From IMG/VR virus record IMGVR_UViG_3300036660_000031, positions 9,148-73,147 of that record: a stretch of DNA of 64,000 bases; one strand, given 5' to 3'. This document shows, piece by piece, positions 8,386 to 17,397 of the stretch; positions within the stretch are counted from its first letter, which is position 1; every line of letters begins with the position of its first letter. The DNA comes from a virus. Taxonomy: Duplodnaviria; Caudoviricetes. The notes beneath the pieces are model-generated. The model did no database searches. It was given only the letters and a program-made list of their open reading frames with translations, and was not told the DNA's origin. Both the position numbers and the translations under genes were made by a program.

Positions 8386-10466
8386 TGAGACACATACTTT
8401 TTGGTGATTCCACCATTTCAAAAACAGTCTGCATACTCTCCGTGTACTTAAACAAGGTAGAGATGGTTAAGACTTATATGACTCCTTTTGGGCTAGATGA
8501 AGATGCTTTCATGGCTGTGGACTTGTACCAAGACCCCCAGAAAAAGAAAACTGCTAAGGCCGTACTAAAGGAATATACAACTACTGACTTGCTGCCTTTG
8601 TTCCATGAACAAGACATTAAGTATGTACTGTGTACCGATGCTGAGTACTTTAAAGTGCTCACTGGTGTCATGAAGGTGGACATTAACTTAGGGTATGTAC
8701 TCCCCTGCTCATACGATCCAACTATCCATGTGGCTTACGCCCCATCTTATAAAGCGGTGTTCTATGATCCAGCATCAGCAAAGCCCAAGATTGAAACAGC
8801 TATGCATTCTCTTGGGAACCATATGGAAGGAGGATACAAACCTCCCGGCGACAACATCATCAAGTTTGAAGCCTATCCAAACACTGTGCAAGAAATCAGC
8901 GGTTGGCTGGACAAGCTACTCGCAATGGATTGTCCACTTACCTGTGACATTGAAGCCTTCAGTCTCAAGCACCATACGGCAGGAATCGGTTCCATTTCAT
9001 TCTCTTGGAACCAACATGAAGGAATCGCTTTTCTGGTGGACTATTTACCTACCGGGGATGGTGTCTCGGCTCCCTTTGGTTCACAAATAAGCAATGGGCC
9101 TGTACGTGAACTATTAGCAAACTTCTTCATGCAAATGAAGCACAAGGTGATTTATCACAACATAGCATATGACGCTTATGTGCTGATCTATCAATTGTTC
9201 ATGGCTAACATCATTGACACTGATGGCCTGCTTAAAGGCATCAATATCTTGCTTGGTAAGTGGGACTGTACCAAACTCATTTCCTATTTGGCTACCAACA
9301 CTTGTGCTGGTAACGAGCTAGGTCTGAAGGTCCAAGCCCAGGAATTTGCTGGCAATTGGGCTGTTGAAGAAATCAAAGACATTACAAAGATTGAACCAAC
9401 AAAGCTACTCAAGTACAACTTAGTGGATGCTCTATCTACTTGGTATGTGTATAACAAACACCAACCAACTATGGTAGCTGATCAACAGCTAGAGATATAC
9501 GAGACTCTGTTTCAACCAACTACTGTTGACATCATACAGATGCAGTTAACAGGCATACCTTTGAACATGGTACGTGTGCTAGAAGTAGAGGTAGAACTGC
9601 AAGCTGACTATAACAGTGCTGTTAATCGTATCGCCAATTGTTCCTTGGTTCAAGACTTTGCGTATCAACGCAAGCTCAATTGGATCAAGACAAAGAATGC
9701 TGGCTACAAGAAAAAAGTTATCGGTATGGCTGAAGCTAATGCTGAGTTGCTTAAACCAAAAAATGATGTTCGGTGGAATCCAAACTCATATCCCCAAGTA
9801 CAGGAACTGCTTTATGAAATGATTGGCTTGCCTATCATTGAACTAACTGACAATAAGCAACCAGCGGTTGACGGTGAGACTATTCAGAACCTGAAGAATC
9901 ACACTACAGATCAAAAAGTTTTAGACTTGTTAGACGCATTTTCAGACTACGCTGCTGTAAATAAGATCGTGACGGGATTTATTCCTGCCATGAAGTGTGC
10001 AGCCCTTGGGCCTGATGGATGGCACTATCTGTTCGGTAACTTCAATCTTGGAGGTACGCTATCAGGCAGACTATCTAGTAGTAACCCTAACTTGCAGAAC
10101 CTGCCTGCTAATAAAAAGAAAGGTCAAAAGGATTTTGCAAAGCTAATTAAATCATGTGTTGAAGCCCCTCCCGGATGGTTGTTTGTTGGTCTGGACTTTG
10201 CTTCACTTGAAGATAGAATCTCGGCTCTCACAACAAAAGACCCAAACAAACTAACGGTTTATTTAGAAGGTTTTGACGGCCACAGTTTAAGAGCACAGAC
10301 TTACTTCAGTGAGGCAATGCCAGATATTGAACGTGCCCCCACTGGAGCCAAGTGCTACAAGGCGCTAGTTGGTACACAGGAAATTTACTTTCATGATCAT
10401 GAAACCATCATGTACATGGGGAAAACCGTGACAGGCACTGAACTTGTTCAGCTATTGTCTTTTTAA
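8385..10466 (+). CDS. polA: family A DNA polymerase, N-terminal fragment (UDG-like N-domain, 3'-5' exonuclease, thumb, motif A); lacks motifs B and C
   Basis: ExoI CDIEAF, ExoII YHNIAYD, ExoIII YNLVDA, TLSGRLSSSNPNLQNLP, motif A GLDFASLEDRI; stops TAA 10464-10466 before motif B. Confidence 0.93.
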   Translation: MRHILFGDSTISKTVCILSVYLNKVEMVKTYMTPFGLDEDAFMAVDLYQDPQKKKTAKAVLKEYTTTDLLPLFHEQDIKYVLCTDAEYFKVLTGVMKVDINLGYVLPCSYDPTIHVAYAPSYKAVFYDPASAKPKIETAMHSLGNHMEGGYKPPGDNIIKFEAYPNTVQEISGWLDKLLAMDCPLTCDIEAFSLKHHTAGIGSISFSWNQHEGIAFLVDYLPTGDGVSAPFGSQISNGPVRELLANFFMQMKHKVIYHNIAYDAYVLIYQLFMANIIDTDGLLKGINILLGKWDCTKLISYLATNTCAGNELGLKVQAQEFAGNWAVEEIKDITKIEPTKLLKYNLVDALSTWYVYNKHQPTMVADQQLEIYETLFQPTTVDIIQMQLTGIPLNMVRVLEVEVELQADYNSAVNRIANCSLVQDFAYQRKLNWIKTKNAGYKKKVIGMAEANAELLKPKNDVRWNPNSYPQVQELLYEMIGLPIIELTDNKQPAVDGETIQNLKNHTTDQKVLDLLDAFSDYAAVNKIVTGFIPAMKCAALGPDGWHYLFGNFNLGGTLSGRLSSSNPNLQNLPANKKKGQKDFAKLIKSCVEAPPGWLFVGLDFASLEDRISALTTKDPNKLTVYLEGFDGHSLRAQTYFSEAMPDIERAPTGAKCYKALVGTQEIYFHDHETIMYMGKTVTGTELVQLLSF

Positions 10467-10471
10467 ACAAC

Positions 10472-10496
10472 ACCACCTAACTAGGTGGTTTTTTTA
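10472..10496 (+). terminator. rho-independent terminator directly after the pol N-fragment
   Basis: ACCACCT-AACT-AGGTGGT followed by T7. Confidence 0.8.
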
Positions 10497-10508
10497 GCTT
10501 CACATAAC

Positions 10509-12431
10509 ATGACTATAGAACAAACAATATTTGAAACACCACAACAGGAATACATCGCTAAAAGCAAATACGCCCGGTATTTAGATAAGGAAAAAAGACG
10601 AGAAACATGGGGAGAAACTGTTCAACGATACTTCGATTTTGCCCATGAACACATTGAAGAAAAGTTTCCACAAGCTTCGACTAAATGGCATGAAGTTGAA
10701 GCAGAAATGCAATATCAAGTTTTCTCCTTGAGAACCATGCCCTCAATGCGATTGCTAATGACTGCTGGTGAAGCAGTTAAACGCAACAACATTGCAGCCT
10801 ACAACTGCCACTATGCTGCTATCGACAAGGTACGCAAATTTAGTGACATGCTGTTGATTCTCATGCACGGTACTGGCTCAGGCTTTTCATGTGAACGACA
10901 AGCAATTGCCAAGCTACCGGCAGTACCTGACACAGTGAATAAGACAGACGATGTAATCGTTGTCAAAGATTCCAAAGAAGGTTGGGCAAATGCTTTTAGC
11001 ATTCTGCTTCGCCACCTTTATCAAGGTGCTATTCCAAAAATTGACTACTCCAAAGTACGCCCTAAAGGAGCACGCCTCAAAACTTTTGGTGGTCGTGCTT
11101 CTGGTCCTGAACCACTGAAGAAACTATTTGATTTTGTTAGCAACTTGTTTCTTCATGCGGCTGGCCGTAAGCTGACTTCATTGGAAGTCCATGATATTTG
11201 CTGCTTGATTGCAGACATTGTGGTTGTCGGTGGTGTACGCCGTTCTGCACTTATCAGCCTGAGTAATCTGTCTGATCTGCGTATGCGTGATGCTAAAGAA
11301 GGTCAGTGGTGGACTGCTCACGGACACCGTGGTTTAGCTAACAACTCTGCCGTATATACAGAACGTCCTGAAGTGGAAATCTTCATGGCTGAATGGTTGG
11401 CTCTTATCAAATCCAAGTCTGGTGAGCGTGGAATCTTCAACCGTCAAGCTGCTAGAAAGCAAGCTGCACGTTGGGGCAGACGTTCGGCTGATGCAGATTA
11501 TGGATGCAATCCATGCTCTGAAATTCTGCTGCTGTCTAACGAGATGTGTAATCTTACTGAAGCTGTAATCCGTAAGGGTGACAGTTATGAAGTTATTAAA
11601 GAGAAGATTCGTATAGCAACCATTATGGGTGTCTATCAGTCTTCACTGACAGACTTCAAAGGTGTAGATGCAGAACTGCAACGCAATTGTGAAGAAGAAC
11701 GTCTGCTTGGTGTGTCCATGACAGGCGTGATGGATCACGAAATCCTGAACAACGTAAACCCAACAGCTATTCAATGGCTGGAAGACTTGCGTGATTATTC
11801 CCGTGAAGTGGCAACAGAATGGGCTGGATACTTTGGTATCAATGTCTCTGTGGCTATCACTTGCAATAAGCCTTCAGGCACTGTGGCTCAACTCACTAAT
11901 GCTGGCACTGGCGGTTTACATCCACGATTCGGTAAGCATTACATTCGTACCTATCGTCAAGACAACAAAGACCCATTGACTCAGTTCCTTAAAGAACAAG
12001 GTATTGCATGGGAACCAAGTGTGACTAAGCCAGAGACTGAAACTATTTTCAGCTTTGTAGTGGAGTCTCCTGATGGTGCAGTGATGCGTGATGATCGTAC
12101 TGCGATAGAACAGTTAGAGCATTGGCTCATGTTCCAACGTCACTGGTGTGAGCACAAGCCTTCAATCACTATCTACGTCAAAGACCATGAGTGGCTAGAA
12201 GCTGGTGCATGGGTATACAAACACTTTGATGAAGTCTGTGGAGTAAGCTTCTTGCCTTTTGATAATGGTTCGTATCGTCAAGCACCGTTCCAAGAAATCA
12301 CAAAAGAAGAGTACAGGGAATTCATTGCCAAGTACCCCGGCACGATTGACTGGAGTAAGTTTGTTGAACTCGATGACATGACCGAAGGTGGTCAAGAACT
12401 AGCCTGCACTGGCGGTGCTTGCCTGATCTAA
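10509..12431 (+). CDS. nrdJ: class II (adenosylcobalamin-dependent) ribonucleotide reductase, monomeric type, no ATP cone
   Basis: MPSMR, AYNC, GTGSGFS, GGVRRSALIS, NPCSE, CNLTE, KPSGT, C-terminal ELACTGGAC; no nrdB partner in window. Confidence 0.93.
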   Translation: MTIEQTIFETPQQEYIAKSKYARYLDKEKRRETWGETVQRYFDFAHEHIEEKFPQASTKWHEVEAEMQYQVFSLRTMPSMRLLMTAGEAVKRNNIAAYNCHYAAIDKVRKFSDMLLILMHGTGSGFSCERQAIAKLPAVPDTVNKTDDVIVVKDSKEGWANAFSILLRHLYQGAIPKIDYSKVRPKGARLKTFGGRASGPEPLKKLFDFVSNLFLHAAGRKLTSLEVHDICCLIADIVVVGGVRRSALISLSNLSDLRMRDAKEGQWWTAHGHRGLANNSAVYTERPEVEIFMAEWLALIKSKSGERGIFNRQAARKQAARWGRRSADADYGCNPCSEILLLSNEMCNLTEAVIRKGDSYEVIKEKIRIATIMGVYQSSLTDFKGVDAELQRNCEEERLLGVSMTGVMDHEILNNVNPTAIQWLEDLRDYSREVATEWAGYFGINVSVAITCNKPSGTVAQLTNAGTGGLHPRFGKHYIRTYRQDNKDPLTQFLKEQGIAWEPSVTKPETETIFSFVVESPDGAVMRDDRTAIEQLEHWLMFQRHWCEHKPSITIYVKDHEWLEAGAWVYKHFDEVCGVSFLPFDNGSYRQAPFQEITKEEYREFIAKYPGTIDWSKFVELDDMTEGGQELACTGGACLI

Positions 12432-12441
12432 GCTGAAAGAC

Positions 12442-12473
12442 AAAGCCCGGAACACTCTGGGCTTTGTTTCTTT
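12442..12473 (+). terminator. hairpin/terminator after nrdJ
   Basis: AAAGCCCGG-AACACT-CTGGGCTTT then GTTTCTTT. Confidence 0.6.
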
Positions 12474-12498
12474 GGTTCTAACACTCAAGGAGATACTT

Positions 12499-12693
12499 AT
12501 GGAAATCATTGAACAGGGTCAACTACCAGAAGAAAAAGAGTACACCGCAAAGTGTTCTAACTGCCAAACCAAATTCAAGTTTCAAGCTAAAGAAGCTCTT
12601 GGTCGTAATTGCAATCGTAATGAAAGCTACCTGAGTGTAATTTGCCCTTACTCTAAATGCGGTAAACAAGTGTATGTAGAAGTCCAATGTTAG
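12499..12693 (+). CDS. small Zn-ribbon protein (64 aa)
   Basis: SD AAGGAG; CSNC...CPYSKC cysteine pairs. Confidence 0.75.
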   Translation: MEIIEQGQLPEEKEYTAKCSNCQTKFKFQAKEALGRNCNRNESYLSVICPYSKCGKQVYVEVQC

Positions 12694-13421
12694 TCATTGA
12701 TCAACTTATCGCAGCAGTCACTGAAGTGACTGTTAGTGAGCACGATGTAGCTCGTATCAATTCCATTGAAGTACATTACAAACCCAAACGACAAGATAGC
12801 AAAGCACCAACCTTTGCACTGACATACCAAGGTACTTGGTCAACACTGGTCAAGAACTGTGGCTTCTCACCTCAAGTAGCTAAAGAAATTGAACAAAGAT
12901 ACCACGGACTCTATGCTGTCAGTACTGAGTGGGTACAAAAGAAACTGAACCAAGCAGCTAAGGAAGGGTACATCACAGGTGCATTCGGCCTGAGACTGCG
13001 TACTCCTTTGTTGGCTCAAGTTGTACGGGGTAATCGACAGACTCCCCGTGAAGCAGAGGCTGAAGGCCGTACTGCTGGTAATGCGTTAGGTCAAAGCTGG
13101 TGTTTACTAAACTCACGAGCTTGGGCTGCAACTATGAAAATTGTCCGTGCTAGCCCTTATAGGACGACGATCAGACCTTGTGCCCAAATCCATGACGCTG
13201 GTTATGCTTTGGTTCGTGATGACATTGAACCAATCATGTTTTTGAATGAGCATCTTGTACGTGAAGTTCAATGGAACAATCACCCCGATATTTACCACCC
13301 TGAAGTTGGATTAGGTGGTGAACTCTCTATTTTCTATCCAACATGGAAAGATGAAATTGGTATCCCAAATGGGGCCACTGAAGATGAAATATTTACTATA
13401 GTAAAAAAGGTATTTTCATGA
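12687..13421 (+). CDS. polA: family A DNA polymerase, C-terminal fragment (fingers/motif B, motif C)
   Basis: Motif B RQDSKAPTFALTYQG, GYITGAFGLRLRTP, RTAGNALGQS, motif C QIHDA; ATG overlaps the Zn-ribbon stop. Confidence 0.93.
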   Translation: MLVIDQLIAAVTEVTVSEHDVARINSIEVHYKPKRQDSKAPTFALTYQGTWSTLVKNCGFSPQVAKEIEQRYHGLYAVSTEWVQKKLNQAAKEGYITGAFGLRLRTPLLAQVVRGNRQTPREAEAEGRTAGNALGQSWCLLNSRAWAATMKIVRASPYRTTIRPCAQIHDAGYALVRDDIEPIMFLNEHLVREVQWNNHPDIYHPEVGLGGELSIFYPTWKDEIGIPNGATEDEIFTIVKKVFS

Positions 13422-13549
13422 AGCAATTTATAAAAGATAACGTGGCATTCTGCGTGCTGCTTACTTGTGCTGCTATCGCTTTGATAGTATTCAGCCAAGT
13501 CATGACAGCAATTGGTATCCTCGTTGTCGCCACATTCACGTTAAAATAA
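13418..13549 (+). CDS. small membrane protein (43 aa)
   Basis: Own translation MKQFIKDNVAFCVLLTCAAIALIVFSQVMTAIGILVVATFTLK; ATGA overlap with pol stop. Confidence 0.55.
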   Translation: MKQFIKDNVAFCVLLTCAAIALIVFSQVMTAIGILVVATFTLK

Positions 13550-13571
13550 CTGTCTACACCCATCCCCGCAC

Positions 13572-13595
13572 AGGAGCCAATTGGCTCCTTTTCTT
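13572..13595 (+). terminator. terminator-like palindrome
   Basis: AGGAGCC-AATT-GGCTCCT then TTTCTT. Confidence 0.6.
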
Positions 13596-13618
13596 CCCTC
13601 TGTACTTAGGAAAATCAT

Positions 13619-13939
13619 ATGATTGAAAAAGCACCCGTCGATGAGTCTATGACTATGCAGCATTACTTCTTGCTTGCTGGCAGTGTCGCCTATCGAGTCC
13701 CATCAGAAAATGGTGAAAACACTATTGGCGTGATTACGCTTAATGGCATCATCACCACTGATAACCAAGCACTTCGCATGAGTGATCTGGGCAAAGCTCA
13801 GAAAGTTTTGCAACACCACTTCCGTCTTAAAACAAACGACAGCACCCTTGAAATTGTTGACGTGGTTCTGGTAAACGTGTTCTATCTGGGCTTCCAGTCC
13901 CCGATGATGTTCAACGATCTTGGAGTCCCGATTCAATAA
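13619..13939 (+). CDS. hypothetical protein, N4 gp40 position
   Basis: SD AGGA; synteny. Confidence 0.65.
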   Translation: MIEKAPVDESMTMQHYFLLAGSVAYRVPSENGENTIGVITLNGIITTDNQALRMSDLGKAQKVLQHHFRLKTNDSTLEIVDVVLVNVFYLGFQSPMMFNDLGVPIQ

Positions 13940-14262
13940 TGATTACTGAACCAAAGGTATTGACTGGTGGCAAGGTCAATTACTATTTAGTTAAAGTAAC
14001 TCATCCTCAGCGTGAAGAACAACCTTCTTATCAAGCGGAATGCGAAGACATTATTCGTGCTCTGAAAATGACGTTTGATGAGGGTTGTGAATTCAAAGCT
14101 ATTTGGCGTACTGCTTCTGCCCGTATAGGCAATGGCAAAGCAGGCCAAGGTGCTATGTATGACGCTGAGAAACGAGTCCACTATGCCGGTGCCTGTCTCC
14201 GTCAATATCAACAAGACAAGATACGGGAAGAATCTACCCCTAAACAGGAGTTAATCAAATGA
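13939..14262 (+). CDS. DUF3310-like protein (T7 gp1.7-related)
   Basis: NYY...ECEDIIRALKMTFDEGCEFKAIWR pattern. Confidence 0.65.
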   Translation: MITEPKVLTGGKVNYYLVKVTHPQREEQPSYQAECEDIIRALKMTFDEGCEFKAIWRTASARIGNGKAGQGAMYDAEKRVHYAGACLRQYQQDKIREESTPKQELIK

Positions 14263-15230
14263 TTATCACCAACAAAAATGATATAGCTTTGCCTATGGCT
14301 GTGTGGTTACTTAATGACGAGTACGACTACATCAACGAACCAAACTACATTAGTGCAACCACATTAATGAAGCCAGTACGTCAAGCAGTTCTTGCTAAAC
14401 GTGTACCCATTGAAAGTCGTGGCTTTGATTTAAGTGACTTGATTGCTTCACGTATAGGGACTGCTCTGCATGACTCTATCGAAAAAGCAGTTAACAACAA
14501 CATGTCCAAAGCATTGAGTATGCTTGGTTACCCCGAAAGTGTTATCAAACGCGTGGTAGTCAATCCAACAGTTGACGACCTTGAAGGCATTGACGATCCA
14601 ATCATACTGTGGACTGAACAACGGACTACAAAGAAGGTTGGCAAGTGGACTGTAGGCGGTAAGTTTGACTTAGTAGCTGAAGGAATCATCCAAGACTACA
14701 AGTCAACTTCTGCATACACATGGTTGTATGGTGATCGTGATGATGAACACCGTCTGCAACTGTCCATCTACAAGTGGTTGAACCCTAACAAGATCACTGA
14801 AGACTACGGAATCATTAACTACATTTTCACTGACTGGTCTAAAGCTATTGCTGCACAGAACCCTAAGTATCCACAATCAAAGCTGATAGTTAAAAACTTG
14901 ACGCTGCTGGAACCAAAGGAAGTACAGCAATGGGTGATAAGCAAACTTCATCAGCTAGAAAAGCTGGAGACTGCACCAGACAAAAGCATTCCTGAATGCA
15001 CCTCAGAAGAATTGTGGATGTCCGATCCCGCGTATAAGTATTACGCTAATCCTGCTGCCACTGCTGGCAGATCAACTAAAAACTTTGATTTTTTGCATGA
15101 GGCGAATGCCCACCTAAAAGCCAAAGGTGTGGGAGTGGTGAAGACCATTCTTGGAGAACCTAAACGATGCGGTTACTGTCCTGCGTATGACGTATGCAAA
15201 CAGAAAGACCGTTATTTCAACCTACCATAA
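14259..15230 (+). CDS. PD-(D/E)xK nuclease, N4 gp42-like
   Basis: ISATTLMKP, GTALHDSIE, GKFDLV...QDYKSTS, C-terminal RCGYCPAYDVC. Confidence 0.8.
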   Translation: MIITNKNDIALPMAVWLLNDEYDYINEPNYISATTLMKPVRQAVLAKRVPIESRGFDLSDLIASRIGTALHDSIEKAVNNNMSKALSMLGYPESVIKRVVVNPTVDDLEGIDDPIILWTEQRTTKKVGKWTVGGKFDLVAEGIIQDYKSTSAYTWLYGDRDDEHRLQLSIYKWLNPNKITEDYGIINYIFTDWSKAIAAQNPKYPQSKLIVKNLTLLEPKEVQQWVISKLHQLEKLETAPDKSIPECTSEELWMSDPAYKYYANPAATAGRSTKNFDFLHEANAHLKAKGVGVVKTILGEPKRCGYCPAYDVCKQKDRYFNLP

Positions 15231-15242
15231 CGAGAGAATTAA

Positions 15243-17393
15243 ATGATTGACCTGACCGGAATTAACCACCATCCAGCAATAGAAGAAATTGTTGAAGTGC
15301 TTTGCGCTAAGACACAGAATACTGACAAAGGATTTTTTCGTACTGAAGCTGCTTTCTTCTTCGGCAAAATGGCTGCTGCAATGCGTGCAACTATCCTGAC
15401 GAAAGATCGTGGCGAGATTCCAGTCAACATTTATGCCTTGGCTCTTGCTACTTCTGGCTTCGGCAAAGGCCACTCTGTCCACATCTTTGAGAATGAATTT
15501 CTCATGGGATTCAAGAAGCGATTCATGGAAGACACCTTCCCTGTAGTCGCTGAAAAGAATCTTTGGGACATTGCCAATGACCGTGCTGCCAAGAACGGTA
15601 ACGATCCACAGGAAGAGTTTGACAAGGTAGCTGCCTCATTTAAACGTGCTGGTGCCTACCCATTCACCTTTGACTCTGGCACTACGCCTGCTGTGAAGCA
15701 ACTGCGTAATAAACTGCTGCTTGCCAATTGCGGTTCTATCAATATGCAAGTCGATGAGATTGGTTCCAATCTTGAAGGCTCTGCTGAATTGTTGAACCTC
15801 TATCTTGAGTTGTATGACCAAGGTATTGTCAAACAGAAGCTGACCAAGAACACTCCAGAATCACAACGTGACGAAGAGATTGACGGTAAGACTCCCACTA
15901 ACATGTTGCTGTTTGGCACTCCTGCCAAGCTGCTCGATGGTGGCCCTACTGAAGATGCGTTCTACAGTTTGCTTGAGACTGGCTATGCTCGTCGTTGCCT
16001 GTTTGGTTGGGGTCAGCAAGATCGCAAAGCTAGCCATTCACAGACACCTGAAGAAATTTATCAGAAGCTGATCCAACCACAGAACTCGTCTATCGTGACA
16101 AAGTGGGCAACCCGCTTTCATGGATTGGCAGACCCTGCTCGGTTTGGTTGGGAAATTGAATTGGAAGATGACGTAGCTGTTGAACTGATTCGCTATAAGA
16201 AAAGCTGTGAACAAATGGCTGATGCTTTGGCTGATCACAAAGAAATACAGAAAGCAGAACTGTCTCACCGTTACTTCAAAGCTCTCAAGCTGGCTGGTGC
16301 TTATGCATTCATTGATGGTTCCAACAAGCTTTCAATAGACAACCTGAAACAAGCAATTTTGCTGGTAGAAGAATCTGGCGAAGCTTTCAAGATCATCTTG
16401 AACCGTGAAAAGACCTATGTGAAATTGGCTCGTTATATCGCTGCTGAAGACACTGAGTTGACTCATGCAGACTTGCACGAAGCATTACCGTTCTACAAGA
16501 CAGGTAATGCAGCACGCAATGAAATGATCAGCTTGGCTACAGCATGGGGCTACAAGCAGCACATCTTAATCAAGAAAACATTCGTTGATGGTATTGAGTT
16601 CTTCCACGGTGAAACTTTGCAAGAAACTAACCTTGATGAACTAACGTTGTCATACAGTGATCACTTTGCTTATCACTATGAAGCTCAGACTGCATCCTTT
16701 GAACAACTACATTTGTTGACTCAAGCTGATGGCTTGCATTGGTGCAATCATGCATTCAAGAACGAACATCGTGCAGAAGAGAACGTATTAGTTGGCTTCA
16801 ACATGATTGTGATTGACGTGGATGGTGGTACTCCTATCGCTACTGTGCATGAACTACTTAAAGAGTACAAGTTCATGACGTATACAACCAAGCGTCACAC
16901 TGATGAAGATAACCGCTTCAGAATTATCTTGCCTATGAACTACCGCTTAGAGTTAGAAGCTGATGACTACCATGCATTCATGAACTCTATTGTGGAATGG
17001 CTTCCATTCAAAACTGATGAAGAAGCTAATCAACGATCACGTAAATGGTTGTCGTGTGCTGAAGGTGTTCACCATTACAACACTGAAGGTGCGATGTTTG
17101 ATGTACTGAAGTTCATACCTAAGACTAGCAAGAATGAAGAATTCAAGTCTGAGATGAAGAAGGTCGAGTCAATGGATAACCTAGAACGCTGGTTTGCTCA
17201 ACGTATTGCTTCAGGCAATCGGAACAATCAGATGGTCAAATTTGCATTGACACTCGTAGACGGTGGTATGGATTTCTACACTGTGCAGGCACAGGTTCAT
17301 GCTTTCAATAAGAAGCTAAACAATCCATTAGCTCCTAACGAGATTGAGAACACCATCATGCAGACCGTAGCCAAGAAGCTGTCTGGTAAATAA
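15243..17393 (+). CDS. DNA primase (N4 gp43/Dns-like)
   Basis: ATSGFGKGHS, DEIGSN, IVIDVDGG, YTTKRH, NRFRIILP, C-terminal GNRNNQMVKF (PriCT-like). Confidence 0.85.
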   Translation: MIDLTGINHHPAIEEIVEVLCAKTQNTDKGFFRTEAAFFFGKMAAAMRATILTKDRGEIPVNIYALALATSGFGKGHSVHIFENEFLMGFKKRFMEDTFPVVAEKNLWDIANDRAAKNGNDPQEEFDKVAASFKRAGAYPFTFDSGTTPAVKQLRNKLLLANCGSINMQVDEIGSNLEGSAELLNLYLELYDQGIVKQKLTKNTPESQRDEEIDGKTPTNMLLFGTPAKLLDGGPTEDAFYSLLETGYARRCLFGWGQQDRKASHSQTPEEIYQKLIQPQNSSIVTKWATRFHGLADPARFGWEIELEDDVAVELIRYKKSCEQMADALADHKEIQKAELSHRYFKALKLAGAYAFIDGSNKLSIDNLKQAILLVEESGEAFKIILNREKTYVKLARYIAAEDTELTHADLHEALPFYKTGNAARNEMISLATAWGYKQHILIKKTFVDGIEFFHGETLQETNLDELTLSYSDHFAYHYEAQTASFEQLHLLTQADGLHWCNHAFKNEHRAEENVLVGFNMIVIDVDGGTPIATVHELLKEYKFMTYTTKRHTDEDNRFRIILPMNYRLELEADDYHAFMNSIVEWLPFKTDEEANQRSRKWLSCAEGVHHYNTEGAMFDVLKFIPKTSKNEEFKSEMKKVESMDNLERWFAQRIASGNRNNQMVKFALTLVDGGMDFYTVQAQVHAFNKKLNNPLAPNEIENTIMQTVAKKLSGK

Positions 17394-17397
17394 AACC

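Noticed and set aside
886-12431. Modified-base (e.g. dU/hmdU or 7-deazaguanine) genome pathway
   Set aside because: dUTPase plus ThyX point to ordinary thymine DNA, and no base-modification enzymes are recognisable in this window.
10329-12760. Group I/II intron removing nrdJ from the pol mRNA
   Set aside because: No P7/R-S core or domain V seen in the very short non-coding gaps, and an intrinsic terminator lies inside. RT-PCR would be decisive.
10353-12764. Split intein joining the polymerase halves (Cys at 10353; Asn-Ser at 12759-12764)
   Set aside because: The putative IntN+IntC totals only about 60 aa, far below a HINT fold. There is no block B TxxH or penultimate His, and INSI appears to be native polymerase sequence. 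Only a mass-spec junction peptide would revive it.
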